Source: an uncultured Candidatus Micrarchaeota archaeon
Lineage (GTDB): Archaea > Micrarchaeota > Micrarchaeia > Burarchaeales > Fermentimicrarchaeaceae
Length of the DNA: 12,147 nucleotides
NCBI GenBank assembly: GCA_963760615.1
Contig: CAVXDX010000001.1
Span: forward strand, 1 to 12,147
Direction of reading: 5' to 3'
In this document: in pieces, positions 1 through 7,570 of the stretch
How positions within the stretch are numbered: position 1 is the first letter of the stretch
How the letters are laid out: the number at the start of each line of letters is the position of its first letter
Position numbers and translations under genes: made by a program
The notes under the pieces: generated by a model
The model's database searches: none
Told to the model about the DNA's origin: nothing
What the model saw: only the letters and a program-made list of their open reading frames with translations

Positions 1-133
1 CGACCTGACACACTTTGGTATGTCTGACCGTAGCAGAGTTTGTATACTTCGAAGATTGGAGGTAATAGGCGGGCTTTTTAATACATCATATTATATACTC
101 CGAGATGCATAATTAGTGCAGAAGGTTTATTTC

Positions 134-331
134 ATGAGCTCTGATGAGAAACAATACATTATTGAAGCTTGGGATGAGCACATCAAGAAGCACAATATTC
201 GCTTCAAGTTTTTTAGTAGCAACGCTACTCAGGAGGAGCAGTTTGGTGCAGATTTCAAGGAGAATGTCCTGCACAGCAAGAAGCTAACCTATCAAGAGAA
301 GGATGAAATCCTGCAGTATGCCGAGCTTTAA
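134..331 (+). CDS. Small hypothetical protein (65 aa from ATG 134; the ORF track starts at GTG 116)
   Basis: Open frame with protein-like composition (MSSDEKQYIIEAWDEHIKKH...). AT-rich TATA-like elements lie upstream (TTTTTAATA 75-83, TTATATAC 91-98). No family recognised. Confidence 0.55.
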   Translation: MSSDEKQYIIEAWDEHIKKHNIRFKFFSSNATQEEQFGADFKENVLHSKKLTYQEKDEILQYAEL

Positions 332-498
332 ATACGGAATTCGAAGTGCGTTTCTTGAATTTAAAATAAACAAACACCTCATTTCCTCAGAAATGCCCTG
401 TTACTTGTTGGTCAAGTGAGGTATCTTCCACCAAGCGGACGACCTGAGATAAAAAGTTAGCAAACTGCAGGAAGGTTTATTGGACTGGGGCGAAGCAG

Positions 499-1611
499 AT
501 GCTTACCGAGAAGGATATACTCGAATTAAAGAGAGAACATCACAGCTTAGAGAAAAGAATAGAAAATATTGAAAAGAGTCAACTTTCTACTATTGTAAAA
601 TTTTCAGAACAGCTAAAAAAATTAATGGCAGATATAGAGTCAGTGCGGGAGAAAGAAAAAAACTTGTGGAACCCCGATATTAACACACGGATAAAAATTT
701 CCAAGAAAGGCGCTGGGCTCTACAAGGAATTAGACTATTTTGAGATTGGGGTAGCTGGCGAGTTTGAAAAGGGCAACATTTCTGAAGATGCAGGAAAGAG
801 GTTCATGTCAATTGGAAGGCTGGTCAAAGATAACAAGGTGAATCCTGCAAAAAAGGAGTTTGAGTATTTTGAAGAAATCATAGAATTGGGTAAAAGATAT
901 GAGAGAATCATGGAGGAAATTAAAGAGAAAGACAGGACACTCAAAAGAGAGCAACTTAGGATAGAAAAAATACTGGCAGACATGTCTGAGCTGGAAAAAG
1001 AAACCCTTGATCTGGAAAAGATGCATAGGTATGAGGAGCTATTGAAAAAATTGGAGAAACTGGAGGAAGTTAGAAGAGAATTCATCCATGCCCTCATTTC
1101 GAAACCGGTAGTAGAGTTGCTTGAAGATGTAGAAAAGTATTCTCTGAGGGATTATTACCCATTTCCTGGAAGAGAGGAAACTGCTGAGTTAAAAAAATTC
1201 TTTTCTCAATATCCTCTATTTGGAAAGTGCAATGCTGGCCAGCTTTGCGAATTCTTCGGATACAGCGAAAAAAAACTCTCGCATATTTGTCCTGAAACTT
1301 CCAGATTTAGAAGGATACTGACGGAAAAAAAGAGTTTATTTGAAACAGTTTGCTCATTTGAGAAGACAAGTTTCCTGGCGGTGGATGATGAGAATGAAAA
1401 AATCATGGATTTTTACTCCGGGATAGAAGGCGCAAAAGAGATTGTTGAACAAATAAGAGAGCTGAGAAAAGAAAAATATTCCTACAGAGAGGAGTATGAG
1501 AAAAAGAAAAGGATCGAGGAAAGAAAGGAAGAGCTTTCGAAATATTCAAAAAATGAACTGGAGAAGGAGTTGAGAGGCATCAAGCATCTCATTGAACTGT
1601 TGCATTCATAG
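499..1611 (+). CDS. Hypothetical coiled-coil-rich protein, 370 aa
   Basis: Long ORF, strongly E/K/L-rich, with heptad-like stretches at both ends and a more globular Cys/Phe-containing middle (FGKCNAGQLCEFFGYSEKKLSHICPE). No catalytic motif recognised. Confidence 0.85.
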   Translation: MLTEKDILELKREHHSLEKRIENIEKSQLSTIVKFSEQLKKLMADIESVREKEKNLWNPDINTRIKISKKGAGLYKELDYFEIGVAGEFEKGNISEDAGKRFMSIGRLVKDNKVNPAKKEFEYFEEIIELGKRYERIMEEIKEKDRTLKREQLRIEKILADMSELEKETLDLEKMHRYEELLKKLEKLEEVRREFIHALISKPVVELLEDVEKYSLRDYYPFPGREETAELKKFFSQYPLFGKCNAGQLCEFFGYSEKKLSHICPETSRFRRILTEKKSLFETVCSFEKTSFLAVDDENEKIMDFYSGIEGAKEIVEQIRELRKEKYSYREEYEKKKRIEERKEELSKYSKNELEKELRGIKHLIELLHS

Positions 1612-1801
1612 TAGAACTTAACCTTTTTATTCAGAAGTAGTTTGCATCTCCTTTTGAGAAAAGCGTATTTTTTATCTCTTGGCCTGCAGCCTTCGCAGTA
1701 GGGCATGCGGATTCCCTTATTTTCACGTTATGCGTTAAAGCGAGGTAACCGCCGCAAACATTGCAATTCATTCCGCAGGGTGCTATCAGCTCCTCTTTCA
1801 T
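1599..1801 (-). pseudogene. Truncated, frameshifted DUF3795-like Cys-rich protein remnant
   Basis: My translation from ATG at 1801 gives MKEELIAPCGMNCNVCGGYLALTHNVK. After a 1-nt shift in the A-run at 1720-1723 it continues KGIRMPYCEGCRPRDKKYAFLKRRCKLLLNKKVKFYYECN. The APCGxxCxxC...CxGCR pattern matches DUF3795 as I recall it. The C-terminal half is missing. Confidence 0.78.
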
Positions 1802-1826
1802 ATTCGTATTTTATCTGAACCATGTA

Positions 1827-1834
1827 TTTTAAAA
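1827..1834. promoter_or_regulatory. Palindromic TATA-like box (TTTTAAAA) between divergent starts at 1801 (-) and 1872 (+)
   Basis: Self-complementary AT box about 25 nt from the minus-strand ATG and about 40 nt from the plus-strand ATG. Confidence 0.45.
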
Positions 1835-1871
1835 GTTAGGTGAGAATAACACTTGTTCAAAAGGTGTTACT

Positions 1872-2030
1872 ATGGGATTGAGCAAAAAGGATATAGCAAG
1901 GAGGAAATCGAACCTCAAGACAAGGCTTGAGGAGCTGGAGAAAAAGGCGAAATTTGACCCTATGATGAGAGATGTAAAGCTGCACGAGGAGATAGCTCAG
2001 GTAAAGAAGAAGCTTGCAGAAATAGAGTAA
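1872..2030 (+). CDS. Small basic helical hypothetical protein, 52 aa (not in ORF track)
   Basis: ATG 1872 to TAA 2030 encodes MGLSKKDIARRKSNLKTRLEELEKKAKFDPMMRDVKLHEEIAQVKKKLAEIE. SD-like AGGTG at 1862-1866; it fills the intergenic gap cleanly. Confidence 0.75.
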   Translation: MGLSKKDIARRKSNLKTRLEELEKKAKFDPMMRDVKLHEEIAQVKKKLAEIE

Positions 2031-2077
2031 GAAAAAGAATTTAAGGTTTAGGAATAGATGTTAATTGGGGTGAAAGA

Positions 2078-2282
2078 ATGAAACCGAATGTGGCTCTGAC
2101 AGCGATACTTGCAATTTCAATTGTAGGAATTCTTTTTTCAGGCTATCCGTAGTATTCTGAGCTGTTCACTGGAAAATGCGCTCTGGGCGGTTGCGTGCGG
2201 GTTCTGGGTGCCCCAGCATGCGTTTACGGTCTTGTGATGTACACAATAGTATTCATACTATCCTGGCTTGAGAGGCAAATAA
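2078..2282 (+). pseudogene. Disrupted small membrane protein resembling the N-terminal half of VKOR
   Basis: GGGGTGA SD then ATG 2078: MKPNVALTAILAISIVGILFSGYP*YSELFTGKCALGGCVRVLGAPACVYGLVMYTIVFILS. There is an in-frame TAG at 2150-2152. A shifted frame near 2263 gives GLRGK-TAA(2280-2282) directly abutting the next ATG (2283). Confidence 0.68.
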
Positions 2283-2561
2283 ATGGCAAAAAAGGAACGC
2301 TTCACTCTTAAAGATGCAGAGATGATTGGCAGAGTAATTGGCATAGACTGGAAGAAAAGCAAGTTTGGCGTGAAGGAATTCTGGATGGGTCTCCATGTGG
2401 AGCTTGAGCATGGGAGGAGAGACCCCATAACAAATATCACAAATGACGACCCCGTTCTAACAGGCAAGATAGCCCTGGCCCACCTAAACGAGTTTGCCTA
2501 TTACTACAAAATGCTGGAGAAGATGGAGAAAACGAGAGAGAAGGCGCGCCGAAAAGGATAG
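2283..2561 (+). CDS. DUF5661-family protein
   Basis: Motifs IGIDW, GLHVELEHG, TNITNDDPVLTGKIALAHLNE match the DUF5661 pattern as I recall it. Confidence 0.78.
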   Translation: MAKKERFTLKDAEMIGRVIGIDWKKSKFGVKEFWMGLHVELEHGRRDPITNITNDDPVLTGKIALAHLNEFAYYYKMLEKMEKTREKARRKG

Positions 2562-2602
2562 AATTTTAAGCACTACTTCCCCATCAATGTAGGGTGGTAT
2601 TC

Positions 2603-2941
2603 ATGGCCGAGAAGAAATCAGTGGTTGAGAAAAAGGACCCTGGGATCGCTGCTCTCATAAGCGTTGTTTGCATGTTGATTTTAGGGGCTCCTGCTGTTGG
2701 ATACTTCTATATTGATGAGGTGAAGAAAGGTATAGAATATCTCATCATCGGTTGGTTAGTCCTGGGCCTTGTTGTTGGTGTGTATATAGTGGGTGGGGTA
2801 CTAGGCGGCCTCGCCACATTTGGTCTCACAAGTTTATGTTGCCTACCTGTCTTCATAGTCCCACTTATAGTTGACTTGGTGGTAGTGTGGGATGTGTACC
2901 TCGAGGCAAAGGGTGAGTCAGCCAAGCTGCCAGTGTTCTGA
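2603..2941 (+). CDS. TM2-domain-like small membrane protein (112 aa from ATG 2603)
   Basis: KKDPGIAALIS...GYFYIDEVKKG is a TM2-like start, followed by two further hydrophobic segments. GGTGG SD-like motif at 2593-2597. Confidence 0.7.
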   Translation: MAEKKSVVEKKDPGIAALISVVCMLILGAPAVGYFYIDEVKKGIEYLIIGWLVLGLVVGVYIVGGVLGGLATFGLTSLCCLPVFIVPLIVDLVVVWDVYLEAKGESAKLPVF

Positions 2942-2980
2942 AGGTTACTATCAGTGTAAGAGCTGGAGAAAATTAGGACT

Positions 2981-3655
2981 ATGCAGAAGGAGTCACACCC
3001 CCTCCAAAAGCTAGAAGTAAAGCTCGAGGAGGATCACAGCATAAAGGTAGTGCGCAAACAGCTTACGAGAGCTGAGCAGAGCTTCTTTCAGGTATTTCTC
3101 TTGGACAAGTCTGGCAACGAGTCACAGCAACCAGTTTTTGAAGGATTGTACAGCTTGGGGATAAAACCTGATATAGACGGCTGGATTGATGGGCATTACT
3201 ATGAAGAAGCTAGGTTTGGAAAAACAAACCTGAGCCTTTCTGAAGCAGGACTGGATTTGGAACTGTTTAGGAAGTTGGAAAGAACTTTGAAGCCAAGCTG
3301 GAGCTTCATGGTTGCTTATGAGACTTTCGATGAGGCTGGAAGGACTCTGCGGGAGACATCCCAAGGCCTGAACTGCGGGATACCCCCTATAGCCACACCC
3401 TTGGGATACCTGCTTTTCGCCACCGGACGTTTCAAGGTAAAGGACTGGTATTTTCCTGAGGGGGGCAATGAGGGGATGCCGAAGCTGGAGGGGATTGGCG
3501 CGGTTGACAGGAAACATGCTGCAAGAATGAGGAGGGAAAGTGCTGCGGAGCTGAAGCTATTTTTAAAGAAAGGGGCGTGCCATGACAGGGCGCTTGAGAT
3601 GCCGGCAAGGAAGAGAGCAGAAGAGGTTTTGAAGATTGTAAGTATTAATAAATAA
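2981..3655 (+). CDS. DUF1122-family protein
   Basis: TPLGYLLF...KDWYFPEGGNEGMPKLEG is the characteristic C-terminal motif of DUF1122 as I recall it. Confidence 0.78.
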   Translation: MQKESHPLQKLEVKLEEDHSIKVVRKQLTRAEQSFFQVFLLDKSGNESQQPVFEGLYSLGIKPDIDGWIDGHYYEEARFGKTNLSLSEAGLDLELFRKLERTLKPSWSFMVAYETFDEAGRTLRETSQGLNCGIPPIATPLGYLLFATGRFKVKDWYFPEGGNEGMPKLEGIGAVDRKHAARMRRESAAELKLFLKKGACHDRALEMPARKRAEEVLKIVSINK

Positions 3656-3684
3656 AGGCAAAATGCTAAGTGGAGGTGAATCGT

Positions 3685-3990
3685 ATGGGTATGTTACAGG
3701 ACTTTAATGAGTTTATAAAGGAATACAAAGTTATGCCACTGGCAATTGCCTTCATTATGGGTGCTGCTATCACAACCATTGTGCAGTCGCTTGTCAATGA
3801 CGTGATAATGCCGATTATCACTGCATTTATACCCAAAGGCGGATGGCAGACTGCCACACTTGATTTGGGCCCGGTATCAATTAGATGGGGCTCTTTTGTA
3901 AGCGCATTGATAAACTTCGTAATAATAGCAGTGGTAATCTTCATGATAGCAAAGATGATACTGAAGGAAGAAAAGGTTAGCAAGAAATAA
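3685..3990 (+). CDS. mscL: Large-conductance mechanosensitive channel MscL (short form, 101 aa)
   Basis: DFNEFI..YKVMPLAIAFIMG...SLVNDVIMPII...WGSFVSALINFVIIA. Strong SD GGAGGTGA at 3672-3679 favours ATG 3685. Confidence 0.9.
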   Translation: MGMLQDFNEFIKEYKVMPLAIAFIMGAAITTIVQSLVNDVIMPIITAFIPKGGWQTATLDLGPVSIRWGSFVSALINFVIIAVVIFMIAKMILKEEKVSKK

Positions 3991-3994
3991 GCAT

Positions 3995-5530
3995 TCAGAT
4001 TTTTGCCCTGTTAAGCAGAAGCGAGTTTGTCACCACTGAGACTGAGCTCAGAGCCATTGCCCCACCAGCAATCATGGGGTTGAGAGTTATGCCTAAGGAG
4101 TATAAAGCTCCTGCAGCTACTGGTATGCCTATAGCATTGTAAATGAGCGCCCAGAACATGTTCTGCTTTATCTTCTTGAGAGTTGCATTTGAGAGATTTA
4201 TTGCCTTGGCAACATCCACAAGCGAGTTTCTCATAAGGACGATGTCGCCGGATTCCATTGCAACATCGGTTCCTGAGCTCATCACTATGCCCACATCTGC
4301 CAGAGCAATGGCAGGGGCGTCATTTATCCCATCTCCAACCATAGCAACCTTTTTGCCCTTCTTCTTCAGCTCCTCAACAAACTCGGATTTTTCTTCTGGC
4401 AGAACCCCTGCGTAGTAATGGTCTACTCCGACCTTTCCAGCAACAGCCTTTGCAACTCTTTCATTGTCCCCAGTAATCATATATGTCTCAAGTCCCATTT
4501 GCTTGAATTTGGCTACTGCCTCTGCTGAATCAGGTTTTATCACATCAGAAACCGCCAAGGCTCCAAACTCATTTCCATCCTTAAGCAGTACAACAGTCTT
4601 GCCATCATTCTCAAGCTCATAAACTTTCTTTTCAATTTTCTTGCCAATTTCATCAAACCACTCGGGCTTTCCAAGAAGGATCTCCCTCCCTTTAACAACT
4701 CCTCGAACCCCCTTGCCCGTGACCGATCTGAATTTGGAAACAGCGGAAAACCTCGCATTCTCCTGTTCTGCTCTTTCAACTATCGCATCGGCAAGCGGAT
4801 GCTCGGAAGCCTTCTCTATGCTTGCGGCAAGGCTGAGAACATCCTCCCTGCTCATCCTACCGAAAGAGAGCACATCTGTCAGAGTCGGCTTTCCAACCGT
4901 CAATGTCCCTGTCTTGTCGAGCAGAATTGCATTTATCTTATTTACTTTCTCAAGCACTTCCCCGCCCTTTATAAGAATGCCATTCTTTGCACCCTTTCCA
5001 ATGCCAACCATCATCGCTGTTGGGGTGGCAAGCCCAAGGGCGCAGGGGCAGGATATCACAAGAACCGAAACTGCTATGGTAAGTGAGAAAGAAAGAGTTT
5101 GGTGAAGTGCAAAAAACCATATACAGAAAGCAAGTGCGGAGATAAGGATGACCGCTGGGACGAAATATGCCGAAATCGTATCCGCATAGCTCTGTATTGG
5201 CGCCTTCTTCATCTGGGCGTCCTCTATGAGGCGGATGATTTTTGATAGGGTTGAATCTGCTCCCACTTTCGTAGCCTTTATCTTTAGCAAACCATGCTTA
5301 TTCAAAGTTCCGCCATAAACCTTTGAGCCCTTGAATTTCTCCGCAGGAATTGACTCTCCAGTTATCATTGACTCGTCAACGCTCGAATCGCCGGATATGA
5401 CCACTCCGTCAACAGGAATCTGCTCCCCTGGCTTAACAAGAATTATGTCCCCTGTTTTCACCTCGTCAATCAGAATCATTTTTTCCTTACCATTCACAAT
5501 GATTCTGGCATGCTTTGGGGAGAGCTGCAT
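3995..5530 (-). CDS. copA: CopA C-terminal fragment: A, P and N domains plus the last four TM helices
   Basis: Starts at an internal ATG 9 nt after the fragment-1 stop. Carries TGES, CPC, DKTGTLT, GDGIND and MALSS. Confidence 0.6.
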   Translation of the reverse strand: MQLSPKHARIIVNGKEKMILIDEVKTGDIILVKPGEQIPVDGVVISGDSSVDESMITGESIPAEKFKGSKVYGGTLNKHGLLKIKATKVGADSTLSKIIRLIEDAQMKKAPIQSYADTISAYFVPAVILISALAFCIWFFALHQTLSFSLTIAVSVLVISCPCALGLATPTAMMVGIGKGAKNGILIKGGEVLEKVNKINAILLDKTGTLTVGKPTLTDVLSFGRMSREDVLSLAASIEKASEHPLADAIVERAEQENARFSAVSKFRSVTGKGVRGVVKGREILLGKPEWFDEIGKKIEKKVYELENDGKTVVLLKDGNEFGALAVSDVIKPDSAEAVAKFKQMGLETYMITGDNERVAKAVAGKVGVDHYYAGVLPEEKSEFVEELKKKGKKVAMVGDGINDAPAIALADVGIVMSSGTDVAMESGDIVLMRNSLVDVAKAINLSNATLKKIKQNMFWALIYNAIGIPVAAGALYSLGITLNPMIAGGAMALSSVSVVTNSLLLNRAKI

Positions 5531-5538
5531 GAGCTCCC

Positions 5539-6162
5539 TTATTGCCTGGCTGGTCCTGCCCTTGCCCTTGCCTCCAGGTACTTTCCAAAGATGACAAACG
5601 TTATCAGGACAGCGGATGTCTCAAAGTAAGTCTCCCCCATAACATCCTGGGTTACCAGATATAACGAGTAGAAGTAGGCCACGCTTGTTCCAAGAGCAAC
5701 CAAAGTATCCATGTTTGCAGTTTTCTGCTTCAGGCTGGCCCAGGCTGACTTGTAGAACCTCCACCCTACGATAAATTGCACAGGCGTTGCAAGAAACAGC
5801 AACACATAGCCCCTTAGTGGAAAGTCCATGATGAACATTCCTATGATAAATGCCGGAAGGGCAAAGACGATGCTGATTAAAAGCAGTCTTTTAATCTCTC
5901 TTTCTTCCCTCTCTCTTATGTGCTTCTCCCTGTCGAAACTAGGCACAACAAACTCCCCTGAATAACCGAGTTCTTTTATCCTTTCAAGAATCTGTTTTTC
6001 GCTAAGCATCTTCTCGTCGAACTCAACATGCGCCTTTTCCGTTGTGAAGTTAACGTTGGAGTTTATAACCCCAGGCATATTCCTGAGGCCCTTTTCTATG
6101 GTAAGGGCGCAGTTGGCGCAGTGCATGCCGATGACTCTTATCGTCTTCTTCATTCTCTTCAC
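5539..6162 (-). CDS. copA: CopA N-terminal fragment: HMA domain plus the first four TM helices
   Basis: [49 protein letters not shown]. Ends in an out-of-frame tail (RAGPARQ*). Confidence 0.6.
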   Translation of the reverse strand: MKRMKKTIRVIGMHCANCALTIEKGLRNMPGVINSNVNFTTEKAHVEFDEKMLSEKQILERIKELGYSGEFVVPSFDREKHIREREEREIKRLLLISIVFALPAFIIGMFIMDFPLRGYVLLFLATPVQFIVGWRFYKSAWASLKQKTANMDTLVALGTSVAYFYSLYLVTQDVMGETYFETSAVLITFVIFGKYLEARARAGPARQ

Positions 6163-7559
6163 ATTTTGCCGCAGCCGCAGCCTCCAGTGCTTGCAGGCGA
6201 AATTGGTGCCGTCTGCTCAATATTATTTTGCTCTGTTTTATTATTTATATCGCTCACAACGACAAAAGTCCCAGGTATCATACCCATCCAGCAGCTCCAC
6301 CTTACAACGCCCTCTTTTGTGGGGGTGAACTCGATTGTCTGCTCACCTTGTTTTATTGAAAAGTCAAGCCCGTAGTCCCTCACTATTATCCTGTTGTTGC
6401 AGCTTGTCAGTTCAATACCGTTGATTATCCATTTTACCGGCACTCCTTTCTGCAGCACGAACTTGTTAGGCTCCCAGCCGCCGCTTGTTACGTTCATTCT
6501 TATTATCTGGTAGCCATTTGATATTGTGATACTTGCAGTTGCGTTTGTCAGGTTTGCCAGGTTGCTCGTCTGCAGTGCGCTAAAGGAATAATTGCTTCCA
6601 GCAAGAGTGAGGCCGTTGTTGGCCATGAGCAACCCGAGGATTATCACAAACACTCCTGAGAATTTAACAAGGCTGCGCTTGAAGGAATTGCTCAGGTAGG
6701 AAGCCATCGCTCCAAAGCCAAGCAGTGGGGGGAGAGTCCCAAGACCGAAGGCAAATAGTGCAGAAGCGCCCCAAACAGGGCTTCCGCTTCCTGCGGCCAG
6801 GAGGTACATTGCCTGAAGCGGACCGCACGCTATGAACAGTCCATTCAGCAAACCGATGAATAGGGGGGCATTCTGCTTCTCCGCCTGTTTCCGCGTGAAA
6901 TTAGTTATAAACTGCGGTGTTGGAATGCGAACTCTTCTCAGCTGTGGGATTATGCCAATCATGTTTATACCGTATACCAGAAGGAAAGCCCCTGCCAGAA
7001 GCGCTATTGCTGCCCTGAGCTCAACAGTGAATGCAATAAACGAGCCCAGCAGGCCAAAGAGAGCGCCAATTGCAGTGTATGATGCGAGCTTGCCCGCGCC
7101 GTACTGGAAGTGGGAGGAGAGGTTGGACTTTCCTTCTGATGCGCACTTCCCTGTATATGACAGCACAAACCCGCCGCACATTCCTATGCAGTGGAAGCCT
7201 GTGAGAAAGCCCACAAAAAATAGCAGAGGCAAGCTTGCATTGGCAGTTATGTTAAAGAATGACTCATTGCCCTTGCCGATGAACAGGTATGCCGAAACAA
7301 GAACTATTGCAATGCCCACGGCTATGAAAAGAGAGCCGAGGCCCATCCCACCGCTTGCCTTCTTTATAGAGTAGCCCTTTTCCTCAAGCTTTCTTTCCAC
7401 TTCCCCCAGAGTTGTTTCATTGCTATATTCAAACTCCAGGGTTTGCCTTTCCAAATTCACTTTTGGGTTCTTTACCCCTTTGACATGCCTGACTGCATCC
7501 TCCACAATTGCCTTGCATGAGCTGCAGTGCATTCCCTCTACATTCACTGTTTTTTTCAT
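6159..7559 (-). CDS. HMA + DsbD_2 (TauE/SafE-like) membrane domain + cupredoxin (CupA-like) fusion protein
   Basis: N-terminal GMHCSSC; membrane region with HCIGMCGGF and ACGPLQAMY; C-terminal SCNN...SCWMGMIPG; tail GGCGCG. Its stop overlaps the copA start (ATGA). Confidence 0.88.
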   Translation of the reverse strand: MKKTVNVEGMHCSSCKAIVEDAVRHVKGVKNPKVNLERQTLEFEYSNETTLGEVERKLEEKGYSIKKASGGMGLGSLFIAVGIAIVLVSAYLFIGKGNESFFNITANASLPLLFFVGFLTGFHCIGMCGGFVLSYTGKCASEGKSNLSSHFQYGAGKLASYTAIGALFGLLGSFIAFTVELRAAIALLAGAFLLVYGINMIGIIPQLRRVRIPTPQFITNFTRKQAEKQNAPLFIGLLNGLFIACGPLQAMYLLAAGSGSPVWGASALFAFGLGTLPPLLGFGAMASYLSNSFKRSLVKFSGVFVIILGLLMANNGLTLAGSNYSFSALQTSNLANLTNATASITISNGYQIIRMNVTSGGWEPNKFVLQKGVPVKWIINGIELTSCNNRIIVRDYGLDFSIKQGEQTIEFTPTKEGVVRWSCWMGMIPGTFVVVSDINNKTEQNNIEQTAPISPASTGGCGCGKM

Positions 7560-7570
7560 TTCACATCACC

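Larger units (their letters stand above)
3995..6162 (-). pseudogene. copA: Cu(I)-exporting P1B-1 ATPase CopA interrupted by one 1-nt frameshift at ~5562-5563 (about 722 aa if repaired)
   Basis: HMA motif GMHCANC, TGES, CPC, DKTGT, SEHP, GDGIND, YN and MALSS are all intact. The junction reads GCA AGG GCA AGG GCA GG; adding one A restores [23 protein letters not shown]. Confidence 0.9.

Noticed and set aside
1-112. Open frame 2-112 as a gene 3' end, or a tRNA/ncRNA at the window start
   Set aside because: Too short to judge, with no recognisable protein motif and no tRNA T-loop or cloverleaf.
735-1406. Minus-strand ORFs 735-1097, 808-1026 and 1206-1406
   Set aside because: Ser/Phe/Leu-rich shadows of the E/K-rich plus-strand gene, with no SD or motifs.
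1482-1706. ORF-track 74-aa protein treated as an intact gene
   Set aside because: Only the first ~36 aa belong to the DUF3795-like remnant; the rest is antisense read-through of the 370-aa gene.
2150-2152. Pyrrolysine or stop-codon recoding at the in-frame TAG
   Set aside because: TAG terminates other genes here (1611, 2561, 9074, 11425), the same gene has a second lesion, and no pyl genes are in the window.
2258-3983. Minus-strand ORFs 2258-2467, 2707-2925, 3122-3517 and 3666-3983
   Set aside because: They lie antisense to recognisable genes (DUF5661, TM2-like, DUF1122, mscL).
5555-5575. Programmed -1 ribosomal frameshift in copA
   Set aside because: There is no canonical slippery heptamer, and the tRNAs could not re-pair in the -1 frame. 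It is kept only as a low-probability alternative.
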